Source: Deltaproteobacteria bacterium
GTDB taxonomy: Bacteria; CG2-30-53-67
DNA: 62,241 nucleotides
Direction: 5' to 3'
Assembly: GCA_013151235.1 (NCBI GenBank)
Contig: JAADIO010000023.1
Coordinates: forward strand, 1-62,241
The notes under the pieces are model-generated. The model was not told the origin of the DNA. It was given only the letters and a program-made list of their open reading frames with translations, and ran no database searches. This document shows positions 1 to 7,846 of this stretch, one piece after another (position 1 is the first letter of the stretch; the number at the start of each line of letters is the position of its first letter). The position numbers and the translations under genes were made by a program.

Positions 1-2
1 TC

Positions 3-338
3 AAGGAAGAACACCCCTGGGTACTCTACTTCGGGGGGGATAGTGCAGAGAGTTGGTGGAAGATCCGTTACTATATCGAGAAGGCCTGCAAGGAATCCGG
101 AGTTGAGCGGTTCACCCCTCACACATTACGGCATACCTTCGCTTCTCATTGTGCTATGGCCGGGGTCGATCTCCGGACCCTGGCGGAACTGTTAGGCCAC
201 AAGACCCTTGATATGGTGATGCGATATTCCCACCTTTCCCCGAAACATAAGCAGGCGGCCGTGGCACTCCTGAACAACATCGAGAATCCGGGAAAGAAGG
301 TTTTGGAGTTCCCCGCAAATAAAACAAGTACGGAATAA
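3..338 (+). CDS. Tyrosine recombinase/phage integrase, C-terminal part (5' truncated by window edge)
   Basis: Frame open from base 3: ...FTPHTLRHTFASHCAMAGVDLRTLAELLGHKTLDMVMRYSH; HxxR, LGH and catalytic Y of box II. Confidence 0.93.
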   Translation, partial: KEEHPWVLYFGGDSAESWWKIRYYIEKACKESGVERFTPHTLRHTFASHCAMAGVDLRTLAELLGHKTLDMVMRYSHLSPKHKQAAVALLNNIENPGKKVLEFPANKTSTE

Positions 339-385
339 GTACGGAAGGGGAAAACCGGTTTTTGCAAGAATCCTTTGAGGTGCCC

Positions 386-398
386 TAAACTATTGATT
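386..398 (-). promoter_or_regulatory. Putative IHF binding site in att arm
   Basis: Minus strand AATCAATAGTTTA matches WATCAANNNNTTR exactly, between integrase and tRNA. Confidence 0.55.
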
Positions 399-402
399 TT
401 AT

Positions 403-489
403 TGGTGCCGAAGACGAGACTCGAACTCGTACGAGGTTTCCCTCACTGCCCCCTCAAGACAGCGTGTCTACCGGTTCCACCACTTCGGC
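403..489 (-). tRNA. tRNA-Leu (anticodon GAG)
   Basis: Minus strand GCCGAAG...CTTCGGCACCA; anticodon arm CTGTC-TTGAGGG-GGCAG, long variable arm, GTTCGAG T-loop, encoded CCA. Confidence 0.97.
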
Positions 490-510
490 ATCTTCCAAAA
501 ATAGCTTCAT

Positions 511-539
511 ATTTTAAACATGCCTGTAGTGGTTGTCAA
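511..539 (-). promoter_or_regulatory. Sigma70-type promoter of tRNA-Leu
   Basis: TTGACA-17 bp-TAAAAT on minus strand, about 20 bp upstream of the tRNA. Confidence 0.75.
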
Positions 540-550
540 GAAAAAATCCT

Positions 551-1408
551 TTACTTTTCCGTCTTCAACCTCGGGTCAAGGGCATCCCGTAACCCCTCGC
601 CGAGAAGATTGTAGCCAAGCGCCGTAATGAGGATGGCAAGCCCGGGAAAAATGGAAAGCCAGTGAGCGAAGTCGATATACTTATAGCCGGAACTGAGAAT
701 ATTCCCCCAACTCGGGGTGGGGGGCTGAACACCGAGACCGAAGAAACTCAGTGCCGACTCCGTAAGGATGGCACCGGCAATGCCAAAGGTGGCAGAGACC
801 AGAACGGGGGCCATGGCGTTGGGAAGGAGATGACGGAAGATGATCCGAAAATCGGAGGCGCCGAAGGCCCGGGCCGCCTGGACGAATTCCTGCTCTTTGA
901 GCGCGAGAAATTCCGCCCGGACGAGACGGGCCACACCCATCCAGCCGGTGACACCGATAATGACCATGATATTCATCAGGCTCGGTTCCAGCACGGCAAT
1001 GACCGCCAGAATCAGGAAGAAGGTGGGAAAGCAGAGCATGATGTCGACAAAGCGCATAATTACGGCATCGACCTTCCCCCCGTAATAGCCGGCAACCGCT
1101 CCGAAGAAGATGCCGAGCAGGGTAGCGATCCCTACCGCAACGAACCCGACCAGCATGGAGACCCGGGCCCCATAAATCATCCGGCTCATCACATCCCGGC
1201 CCGATTCATCCGTCCCCATCCAGTGGGCGACAGACGGAGGACTCAGGATATTATTCACATCGATCCGGGCGGGATCATAACGAGCCAGCAAAGGAGCAAA
1301 GAGAGCAAAAACGAAAAGGATACAGATAATCACCAAACCGGCCACGGCCAGCCGGTTCTTCCGGAATCGGCGCCCGACGATCTGTAGATAAGATGCACTC
1401 TCTTTCAT
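551..1408 (-). CDS. Oligopeptide/dipeptide ABC transporter permease (OppC/DppC family)
   Basis: [15 protein letters not shown]-like [26 protein letters not shown]; start reassigned to MKESASY overlapping the upstream stop. Confidence 0.92.
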   Translation of the reverse strand: MKESASYLQIVGRRFRKNRLAVAGLVIICILFVFALFAPLLARYDPARIDVNNILSPPSVAHWMGTDESGRDVMSRMIYGARVSMLVGFVAVGIATLLGIFFGAVAGYYGGKVDAVIMRFVDIMLCFPTFFLILAVIAVLEPSLMNIMVIIGVTGWMGVARLVRAEFLALKEQEFVQAARAFGASDFRIIFRHLLPNAMAPVLVSATFGIAGAILTESALSFFGLGVQPPTPSWGNILSSGYKYIDFAHWLSIFPGLAILITALGYNLLGEGLRDALDPRLKTEK

Positions 1409-2385
1409 TTCGCCTCCTCCACACGTATCCTCGGATCGGCCAGAGCATAGGCGATATCGGCGACCAGATTTCCGAAGAGGGTCAGCAAAGCACCGATCAC
1501 GAGAATCCCCATGACGACCGGATAGTCCCGGGCCCATGTGGCATCGAGGAAGAGTTTCCCCATTCCGGGAATCGCGAAGATCTGCTCGAAGATGGCACTC
1601 CCCCCGATCAGGCCGGGGATGGCCAGCCCGAGGATCGTGATCGTTGACATGAGGGCATTCCGGAAGGCATGCTTGTAAATAACCGACCGCTCGGGCAATC
1701 CCTTGGCCCGGGCCGTCCGGATATAATCCTGGCGGACCACCTCAAGCATGCTGGAACGCATGTAGCGAGAATATCCCGCCAGCCCGGCAAAGCTGCTCAC
1801 GAAGATCGGCAGAACCAGGTGGCGTGCCCGGTCCCAGAAAAGGGGCCAGAAGGTGAGCTGATCGGCGTGCATCGACTGGAGCCCGGAGATGGGGAGCCAG
1901 CCGAGAAAGACCCCGAAGAGAATCATCAGCAGCAGAGCCAGCCAGAAGGTCGGCATAGCAAAACCGACAAAGACGAGAACCGTTGTCGCCTTGTCAAAGA
2001 AGGAATACTGCTTCACGGCGGAGAGGATCCCGATCGGCACGGCTACCACCAGGATCAGGATCATCGAGCAGACATTGATCAGGATTGTAATGGGAAGGCG
2101 TTCCCGAATTTTGACGAGAACCTCTCTTCCGTCGGTAAACGACCGGCCGAGATCCATCACCGAAAGACGCCGGACCCAGTGCAGATACTGGATCGGGAGG
2201 GGTTTGTCCAGTCCGTAGATTTTCCTGAGATTTTCCCTGGCCTGAGCCGAGGCCTTCGGGTTCAGTTCGGTCATGGCATCGGTCGGACTCCCCGGCGCCA
2301 GGTGAATCACCAGAAAGGTGATTACGGTGATTCCAAAGAGCATCGGCACCAGCAGGAGAATGCGTTTCAGCAGGAATATTGCCAT
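1405..2385 (-). CDS. Oligopeptide/dipeptide ABC transporter permease (OppB/DppB family)
   Basis: [29 protein letters not shown] motifs. Confidence 0.93.
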   Translation of the reverse strand: MAIFLLKRILLLVPMLFGITVITFLVIHLAPGSPTDAMTELNPKASAQARENLRKIYGLDKPLPIQYLHWVRRLSVMDLGRSFTDGREVLVKIRERLPITILINVCSMILILVVAVPIGILSAVKQYSFFDKATTVLVFVGFAMPTFWLALLLMILFGVFLGWLPISGLQSMHADQLTFWPLFWDRARHLVLPIFVSSFAGLAGYSRYMRSSMLEVVRQDYIRTARAKGLPERSVIYKHAFRNALMSTITILGLAIPGLIGGSAIFEQIFAIPGMGKLFLDATWARDYPVVMGILVIGALLTLFGNLVADIAYALADPRIRVEEAK

Positions 2386-2418
2386 CAGTGTTGTCTCTCC
2401 TCTTTTCTTCTGAGAACC

Positions 2419-2640
2419 GTAACTGCTCAGGTTGCTTCTATTTTCCCGCAGGACAAGGCGTGAGGAGCGCGGACACCTTCGGCGTATTTTTCATACGTTG
2501 AGGATTTGAGCACCGCAACACCCCAAGATCCCTTATTCATCAGAGCCGCTGAAAGCGGCAAAGATAAATCTAAGGCGGGGCGGGGCACGCCGAAGGCGTA
2601 ACCAGTCATGCGGAAAAATAGGGGTGACCTGAGTAGTTAC
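2419..2640. mobile_element. MITE family A, intact copy (GTAAC... ends, 8-bp target duplication)
   Basis: 36-bp imperfect TIR (29/36) GTAACTGCTCAGGT.../...ACCTGAGTAGTTAC flanked by TGAGAACC at 2411-2418 and 2641-2648; related copy at 32344. Confidence 0.88.
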
Positions 2641-2804
2641 TGAGAACCTTAATGCAAACCCTGCGTCCGGTTCAAGTGAAAAATATGTTTACAGAACTCA
2701 AAAGCTGTGATGTAATTTATATGTAACGATCATAATCACAGACAGGCATGGACAGAATGGGATGAGGAGCCGCTCCCCTTAACTCGTGTGAAGGAGGAAC
2801 CTGC

Positions 2805-4538
2805 GTGGAGCAATCGGTTTCAAATCATATTTTTGCAAAAGGTCTGAACAGTACGATTTCCCGCCTGCTGCTGAGTGTCGTCGGCATCACTCTCATTGCT
2901 GCATCCCTTCCGATTCTCTATTCCATCTCCCGGGCACAGTCGATCCTGATCACCCTGGAAACAGTGAAGCAGGTATTCCTCTGGGGGGGCCTCTCCCTGG
3001 CCGTAACCCTGCCCATGGCAAGCTGGAGAATCCGAAAAAAGATTTCCACACCTCTCCAGGACGTGCTGATCGCCGTGCAAAAAATAGAGGCAGGCAACCT
3101 GAATACCTGGGAGACTCATACGGAACTGACCGAGATCAAGGAGCTTTCCCGGTCGGTCCAGAACATCTCAACGCACCTTCAGAATGTCCTGAAAAATATC
3201 CTTCATACGACTCAGGCCCTTTCCATGATGTCCGAAACCACCTCTTCCAACGCTCGGAAGTTGGGCCGCGGCGCCCGGAAGGAAGCGGAGGCACTCGAAT
3301 CAGTCTACGGTACGCTGAAGACTATGGCAACCTCCTGCCTGGAAATTTCCCGGATTGTGGAGAGCCTCTCCGATTCAGCGCAGGAGATCTCGTCCGCCAC
3401 CCTGCAGGTCACCACTTCCACCCACCGGATCCAGGAAAGCACGTTGCAGCTTTCCGAATCGGTGGAAGAGAACGCAGCATCGATCGGAGAAATGACCGCT
3501 TCTCTCAAGGAAATCAGCGAAGGCGCAGAGGTCCTCTCCTCTTCCTCGGAGGAACTCGTCTCCACCATCACGGAAATCGACATGAGCATCCAGGAGGTCG
3601 CCGGTCTTGCCAAAGATTCCGTACGGGTGGCCGAGCAGGTCGCAGACAACGCTTCAGATATGGGGATGATGTCGGTCGTGGACACCATCAATGGAATGGA
3701 AGAAATCCAGAATGCCGTGGAAAAATCAGCGACCATTGTGAACCGGCTCTTTGAGCGCTCCGAAGATATCGGTCGTATCCTCACGGTCATCAACGAAGTC
3801 TCGGAGCAGACGGAACTTCTCTCTCTGAATGCCTCTATTCTGGCGGCGCAGGCGGGGGAAAACGGGAAAGGGTTTGCCGTCGTCGCCAATGAGATCAAGG
3901 CCCTGGCCGACCGGACGGGAGATTCCACCAAAGAGATCAAACGAATCGTCAATGCCGTCCAGGACGAAGCAAGAGACGCCGTGGGGGCCATCCAGGAAGG
4001 GAAAGAGAAAGCGGAAAAGGGGAAAGACCTCGCCCTTGAGGCAGGCAACGCACTCAACAAGATCCTCGAAAATTCCCGGGAGGCAGCACAGATGGCCCAG
4101 AAAATTGAGCAGACCACCGTGGAACAGTCAAAGGGGGTCTCCTTTGTCCGGGAATCCGTTGACAAGGCCAACACGATGCTCGAGAGAATTTCCCGTGCCA
4201 TCAATGACCAGAAAGAAGGGAGTATCCAGATTCAGGATACCTCGGAACAGATCAACAGCCTCGGACACCAACTCAAGAATGCGATGAAGGAACAGACAAC
4301 CGGGACAGAACAGGTCAGCACCTCCATGGAGAAGATCATGGAGCAAATCCAAACGCTCGAAAACACCCTGGAGCATAGCGAAACCGGAAATAACCAGAGC
4401 GTAAATACCATCCACAATATCCGGAAATCAACGCAGGAACGGATCGCCATCGCCGCGGAGCTGGAGGCCTCAATCAATTCCCTGCAGGATGAAAACACCA
4501 CCCTCAAGGAGATGCTGACACATTTCAGAAACACTTGA
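2805..4538 (+). CDS. Methyl-accepting chemotaxis protein (2 TM, HAMP, long signalling domain)
   Basis: Hairpin tip [37 protein letters not shown] start after AGGAGG. Confidence 0.93.
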   Translation: MEQSVSNHIFAKGLNSTISRLLLSVVGITLIAASLPILYSISRAQSILITLETVKQVFLWGGLSLAVTLPMASWRIRKKISTPLQDVLIAVQKIEAGNLNTWETHTELTEIKELSRSVQNISTHLQNVLKNILHTTQALSMMSETTSSNARKLGRGARKEAEALESVYGTLKTMATSCLEISRIVESLSDSAQEISSATLQVTTSTHRIQESTLQLSESVEENAASIGEMTASLKEISEGAEVLSSSSEELVSTITEIDMSIQEVAGLAKDSVRVAEQVADNASDMGMMSVVDTINGMEEIQNAVEKSATIVNRLFERSEDIGRILTVINEVSEQTELLSLNASILAAQAGENGKGFAVVANEIKALADRTGDSTKEIKRIVNAVQDEARDAVGAIQEGKEKAEKGKDLALEAGNALNKILENSREAAQMAQKIEQTTVEQSKGVSFVRESVDKANTMLERISRAINDQKEGSIQIQDTSEQINSLGHQLKNAMKEQTTGTEQVSTSMEKIMEQIQTLENTLEHSETGNNQSVNTIHNIRKSTQERIAIAAELEASINSLQDENTTLKEMLTHFRNT

Positions 4539-4651
4539 AGGTCCGGCCGTTTCACCATGATGGCGGCTTCCGCTTGTCTTCCTCGTGATTTCCCGTGTCC
4601 GCTGTGGTGGATTGTTTTTTGTGACTTTGCCCCGGTCTTTTGTCTTTTCTC

Positions 4652-6001
4652 TCAGGGCGACAAGGTCACGGAATACCCTACCCCGTCCCGGACCACCATC
4701 AGTACTACATTCTCTGCATTCAATACCTGTTCCATGGCCTCCTGATAATCCTTTAAAGAACTGACGGGAATACTGTTCACCTGCCGAATGAGATCACCCG
4801 GACGAAGCCCGATTCTGTACGCTTCGGAATGCCGGCCGACCTTTTTGAGAACCACGCCTTCCGCACCTTCGGCCACATCGAGCCCGAGCCATTCACGCGA
4901 GATCGACAGCGCCCGTTCCGGGGTAACCGAACTCCCTTTTACAGTGGCCCTTTTCATCTTCCCATTCCGAAGATACCGGAGGGGTATCTTGTCATTCACC
5001 CGGTATCCTTCAATCAGCGTCAGATAGGATTCCCGATCCTCCACTTCGTGGTCCCCGATTCGAATCAGGATGTCCCCTTCCCGAAGTCCGGCCCGATCGG
5101 CGGGGCTGTTCCTGATCACCCGGGAGATCAGGATCCCCTTCCCTTCGGGAAGATTGAAGTATCGGACCAGTTGCGGTGTCAGGTCCTGCAGAAAAATTCC
5201 GAGCCAGGGTTTGTGGACCCGCCCGAAGGCCAGGAGATCTTCATAAATCCGCCGGGCCCGCCCGATGGGAATGGCGAACCCGATCCCCTCGGCCTTCCGG
5301 TAGATCGCCGTGTTGATGCCGATGAGTTGCCCGTTGATATTGAGAAGCGGCCCCCCGCTGTTGCCCGGATTAATGGAGGCATCAGTCTGGATGAAATCCT
5401 GGTAAAGACGGTTTTTCGTCCGGATCGACCGGTTCAAGGCGCTGATCACGCCGGTGGTCACGGAATGGGAAAGGCCGAAAGGGTTCCCGATGGCAATCAC
5501 CGTCTCCCCGATCATGAGATCGTCGGAACGGCCCATATGGATATATGGGAGGGGCTTGTCTGCTTTGATCCGGAGAACGGCGATGTCCGACTTGGGATCG
5601 GAACCGACGAGGGTCGCCCGGTATTCCGTCTTGTCCGCCAGTCGGACCCGAATCGCCGTAGCCCGGTCGACCACATGTTCGTTGGTCAGAATATAACCCT
5701 TGGAGGAGATGATGACCCCCGAACCGAGACTCTGTGTCTTGTACTCCCGGGGTCCCAAGGATTCATAGAAATCACGGAAAAAATCGTCAAAAAAAGGAGA
5801 AGAAGCGCCGAAGTTGAAGGGGGTGGCGCGTGTTTCATGAATCTGCTCGCTACTGACATTCACAACCGCCGCCGAACTCTTCTCTACCGCCTCCACCACG
5901 GCATTCCGCCTGGAATAGGGAGCATGGGCGGCGGAAAGAGGGGGGTGGAAAAGAACAAACAGAATCGTGATCCAGAGAAAATATTTCCTTTTCAATTTCA
6001 C
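4652..6001 (-). CDS. HtrA/DegP-DegQ family periplasmic serine protease with two PDZ domains
   Basis: LTNEHV, DIAV, IQTDASINPGNSGGPL catalytic triad motifs; signal peptide. Confidence 0.95.
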   Translation of the reverse strand: MKLKRKYFLWITILFVLFHPPLSAAHAPYSRRNAVVEAVEKSSAAVVNVSSEQIHETRATPFNFGASSPFFDDFFRDFYESLGPREYKTQSLGSGVIISSKGYILTNEHVVDRATAIRVRLADKTEYRATLVGSDPKSDIAVLRIKADKPLPYIHMGRSDDLMIGETVIAIGNPFGLSHSVTTGVISALNRSIRTKNRLYQDFIQTDASINPGNSGGPLLNINGQLIGINTAIYRKAEGIGFAIPIGRARRIYEDLLAFGRVHKPWLGIFLQDLTPQLVRYFNLPEGKGILISRVIRNSPADRAGLREGDILIRIGDHEVEDRESYLTLIEGYRVNDKIPLRYLRNGKMKRATVKGSSVTPERALSISREWLGLDVAEGAEGVVLKKVGRHSEAYRIGLRPGDLIRQVNSIPVSSLKDYQEAMEQVLNAENVVLMVVRDGVGYSVTLSP

Positions 6002-6648
6002 CTCTCCTCCACACCATGTTTTTTCAGGATCACCGCAATCTCCTCCCGTGCCTCTTTTGTGCGCCCCTTCCGCAACAGGGCAAGGGCCTGCGAGTCCGCC
6101 AGTTTCCGAAAGAGGCGGGAGCGCCTCTTGCCGTCACCCACGGCCTCCAGGATCTGCGGCCGAATTCCTTTGAGCAGCTTCAGAAACCGTCCGTACTCCG
6201 GACCGAAACGAACCGCAAGCTCCCGACGGATTTTTTTCGCCAGGGCGGGACTGGCCCCCCCGGTAGAAACCGCCACGGTCAGATCTCCCCGCCGGATAAC
6301 GGAGGGGACAATAAAATCGCACAGTTCCGGAACATCAACGACATTCAGCAGCACCCCTCGCTTTTTCCCTTCCCTCACAGCCCTCCGATGGAGACGGTCA
6401 TCATCGGTCGCGCAGAAGGCAAGACGAACCCGGTCCATGTCCGAAGAACGGAAAGACCTCCTTCGGCAGGCAATCCGCCGGGCCTCGACAAGGCACTCCA
6501 GTCCCTTCGTCAAAGCGGGGCTTACGAGGCGGACCTTTGCGCCATAACGCAGAAGCACCCGCACCTTCCGTTCCGCCACCGGCCCGCCGCCGATCACGAG
6601 GACGGGCATCTGTTCCAGATTCAGAAAAAGTGGATAATAGGAATTCAT
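5998..6648 (-). CDS. Precorrin-2 dehydrogenase/sirohydrochlorin ferrochelatase (SirC / CysG N-terminal type)
   Basis: YYPLFLNL, VIGGGPVAERK, NVVDVPELCDFIVP, VSTGGASPALAK. Confidence 0.92.
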   Translation of the reverse strand: MNSYYPLFLNLEQMPVLVIGGGPVAERKVRVLLRYGAKVRLVSPALTKGLECLVEARRIACRRRSFRSSDMDRVRLAFCATDDDRLHRRAVREGKKRGVLLNVVDVPELCDFIVPSVIRRGDLTVAVSTGGASPALAKKIRRELAVRFGPEYGRFLKLLKGIRPQILEAVGDGKRRSRLFRKLADSQALALLRKGRTKEAREEIAVILKKHGVEER

Positions 6649-6658
6649 TTCAGCGTGT

Positions 6659-7657
6659 CTACCAGGGGATGATCTTGTCAAGGAAAGAACGCTTCAACAG
6701 GACTTCCTTCTCTTCTGATCCCGTCTTACCCGACGTTGCCCGGCATTGATCGTCCGAGCTCCGGGCCTGCAGGAGCAGGAGCCGGCGAGCCCGTGCATCC
6801 CGGTCCTTCCCCTGATAGGTCCCCGCCAGTCCCGTAGAGACAAGAGGCCTGTCGGCACACTCCGCCGCACGCTTTTCCACACAGGAGGTCTTCGTCCCCT
6901 GCTGTTCCAGCTTTCGAACGGAGGGAATGTATTCGCTGTTGGGATACTGTTCAAAGAGAAGCTTCCGATACTCCTCGGCATGCTCCTCATCCTTCAGGTC
7001 CCGGTATGCCTTGTAAAGATAAAAAAGAAGCTGATCATTGATCCCGGAATCGGGATAGCGGTCCAGCGCCTCCTTGAAGCGGTTGACCGCCGCAAAAAGT
7101 GCGTTTTTCCGGAGATAAAACTCACCAATAAAAAATTCATTCTCCGCCAGAAATGTCTGGATCGACTTAATCCGCAACCGGGCCTGTGCAAGGTATTCAC
7201 TCTTCGGAAAATCCTGCAACAGCCGATTGAAGACCTTCAGCGCCTCTTTGGCATGGGTCGGGTCCCGATCGATGGTATCGATCTGCCAGAAATGACATTC
7301 CCCGGTCCTGTAGAGAAGATAATCGGCCACGGGTCCACCAGAGTGAAGCTTGAACATCTCCTTATAAAGAGTCCGGGCAGCTTCATATTCCTTCTCTTCA
7401 AAGTAACTGTCCGCCACGGCGATCTGGGCAAGAAGTTCAAGGTCGCTCTTCGTCCCCATGACCTTCACCTTGTTGAAAATCTTCCGGGCCTCTTCGTATC
7501 TCTCCTTCTTTTCAAGATTAATCCCTTGACGATAGAGCTCCCTGGCCGTGGGAGGTTTTTTCAGAGTTTTCTTCTTCCAGAAACATCCCGCCACCACCAG
7601 AAAAGTCAGGAGCAACAGAAACAGGACAGCCCGCCGGAAGGAAAGATTGTGATTCAT
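6659..7657 (-). CDS. bamD: Outer membrane assembly lipoprotein BamD with C-terminal extension
   Basis: Lipobox VVAGC, TPR repeats, IDRDPT, LAENEFFIGEFY, AAVNRF; start uncertain. Confidence 0.85.
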   Translation of the reverse strand: MNHNLSFRRAVLFLLLLTFLVVAGCFWKKKTLKKPPTARELYRQGINLEKKERYEEARKIFNKVKVMGTKSDLELLAQIAVADSYFEEKEYEAARTLYKEMFKLHSGGPVADYLLYRTGECHFWQIDTIDRDPTHAKEALKVFNRLLQDFPKSEYLAQARLRIKSIQTFLAENEFFIGEFYLRKNALFAAVNRFKEALDRYPDSGINDQLLFYLYKAYRDLKDEEHAEEYRKLLFEQYPNSEYIPSVRKLEQQGTKTSCVEKRAAECADRPLVSTGLAGTYQGKDRDARARRLLLLQARSSDDQCRATSGKTGSEEKEVLLKRSFLDKIIPW

Positions 7658-7709
7658 CGCTGCATTATCTCCAAAAAACATATTTATTTTCAATATGTTA
7701 CACAGGGTG

Positions 7710-7738
7710 TGTATACACGCTCCCCCTGAGAAAGTCAA
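7710..7738 (-). promoter_or_regulatory. Putative sigma70 promoter for bamD-sirC-degP
   Basis: TTGACT-17 bp-TATACA on minus strand in AT-rich intergenic region. Confidence 0.45.
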
Positions 7739-7757
7739 GAAAAAAAGAGGATATTGA

Positions 7758-7786
7758 TTGACTTTTCAAGACGGATATCCTATTTT
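7758..7786 (+). promoter_or_regulatory. Putative sigma70 promoter for the surface protein-bamA-lpx operon
   Basis: TTGACT-17 bp-TATTTT. Confidence 0.5.
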
Positions 7787-7846
7787 TCTCAGGTTCATTT
7801 CGTGATCTTTTTCGAGAGACGTCCAACGATTCTCCGGGGGGTATCT

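Larger units (their letters stand above)
1..402. mobile_element. Right end of an integrative element (prophage/island) inserted at tRNA-Leu
   Basis: Integrase ends 64 bp from the tRNA 3' end; direct repeat AAGTACGGAA at 326-335 and 337-346; IHF-consensus site at 386-398. Confidence 0.75.

Noticed and set aside
375..614. 79-aa ORF after the integrase
   Set aside because: It is the antisense reading of tRNA-Leu and its promoter.
2427..2609. Small ORFs inside MITE-A copies (also 32203-32553 and 32293-32475)
   Set aside because: Not conserved in frame between copies and no transposase motifs.
2650..2804. c-di-GMP riboswitch upstream of the chemoreceptor
   Set aside because: Only a GCAAACC fragment is present; the paired stems and tetraloop/receptor pattern were not found.
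4829..6547. 572-aa plus-strand ORF, and similar long antisense ORFs (10722-12107, 20769-22037, 30800-32152, 37155-38753)
   Set aside because: Shadow frames opposite well-supported genes, as expected from GC-biased codon usage; no recognisable motifs.
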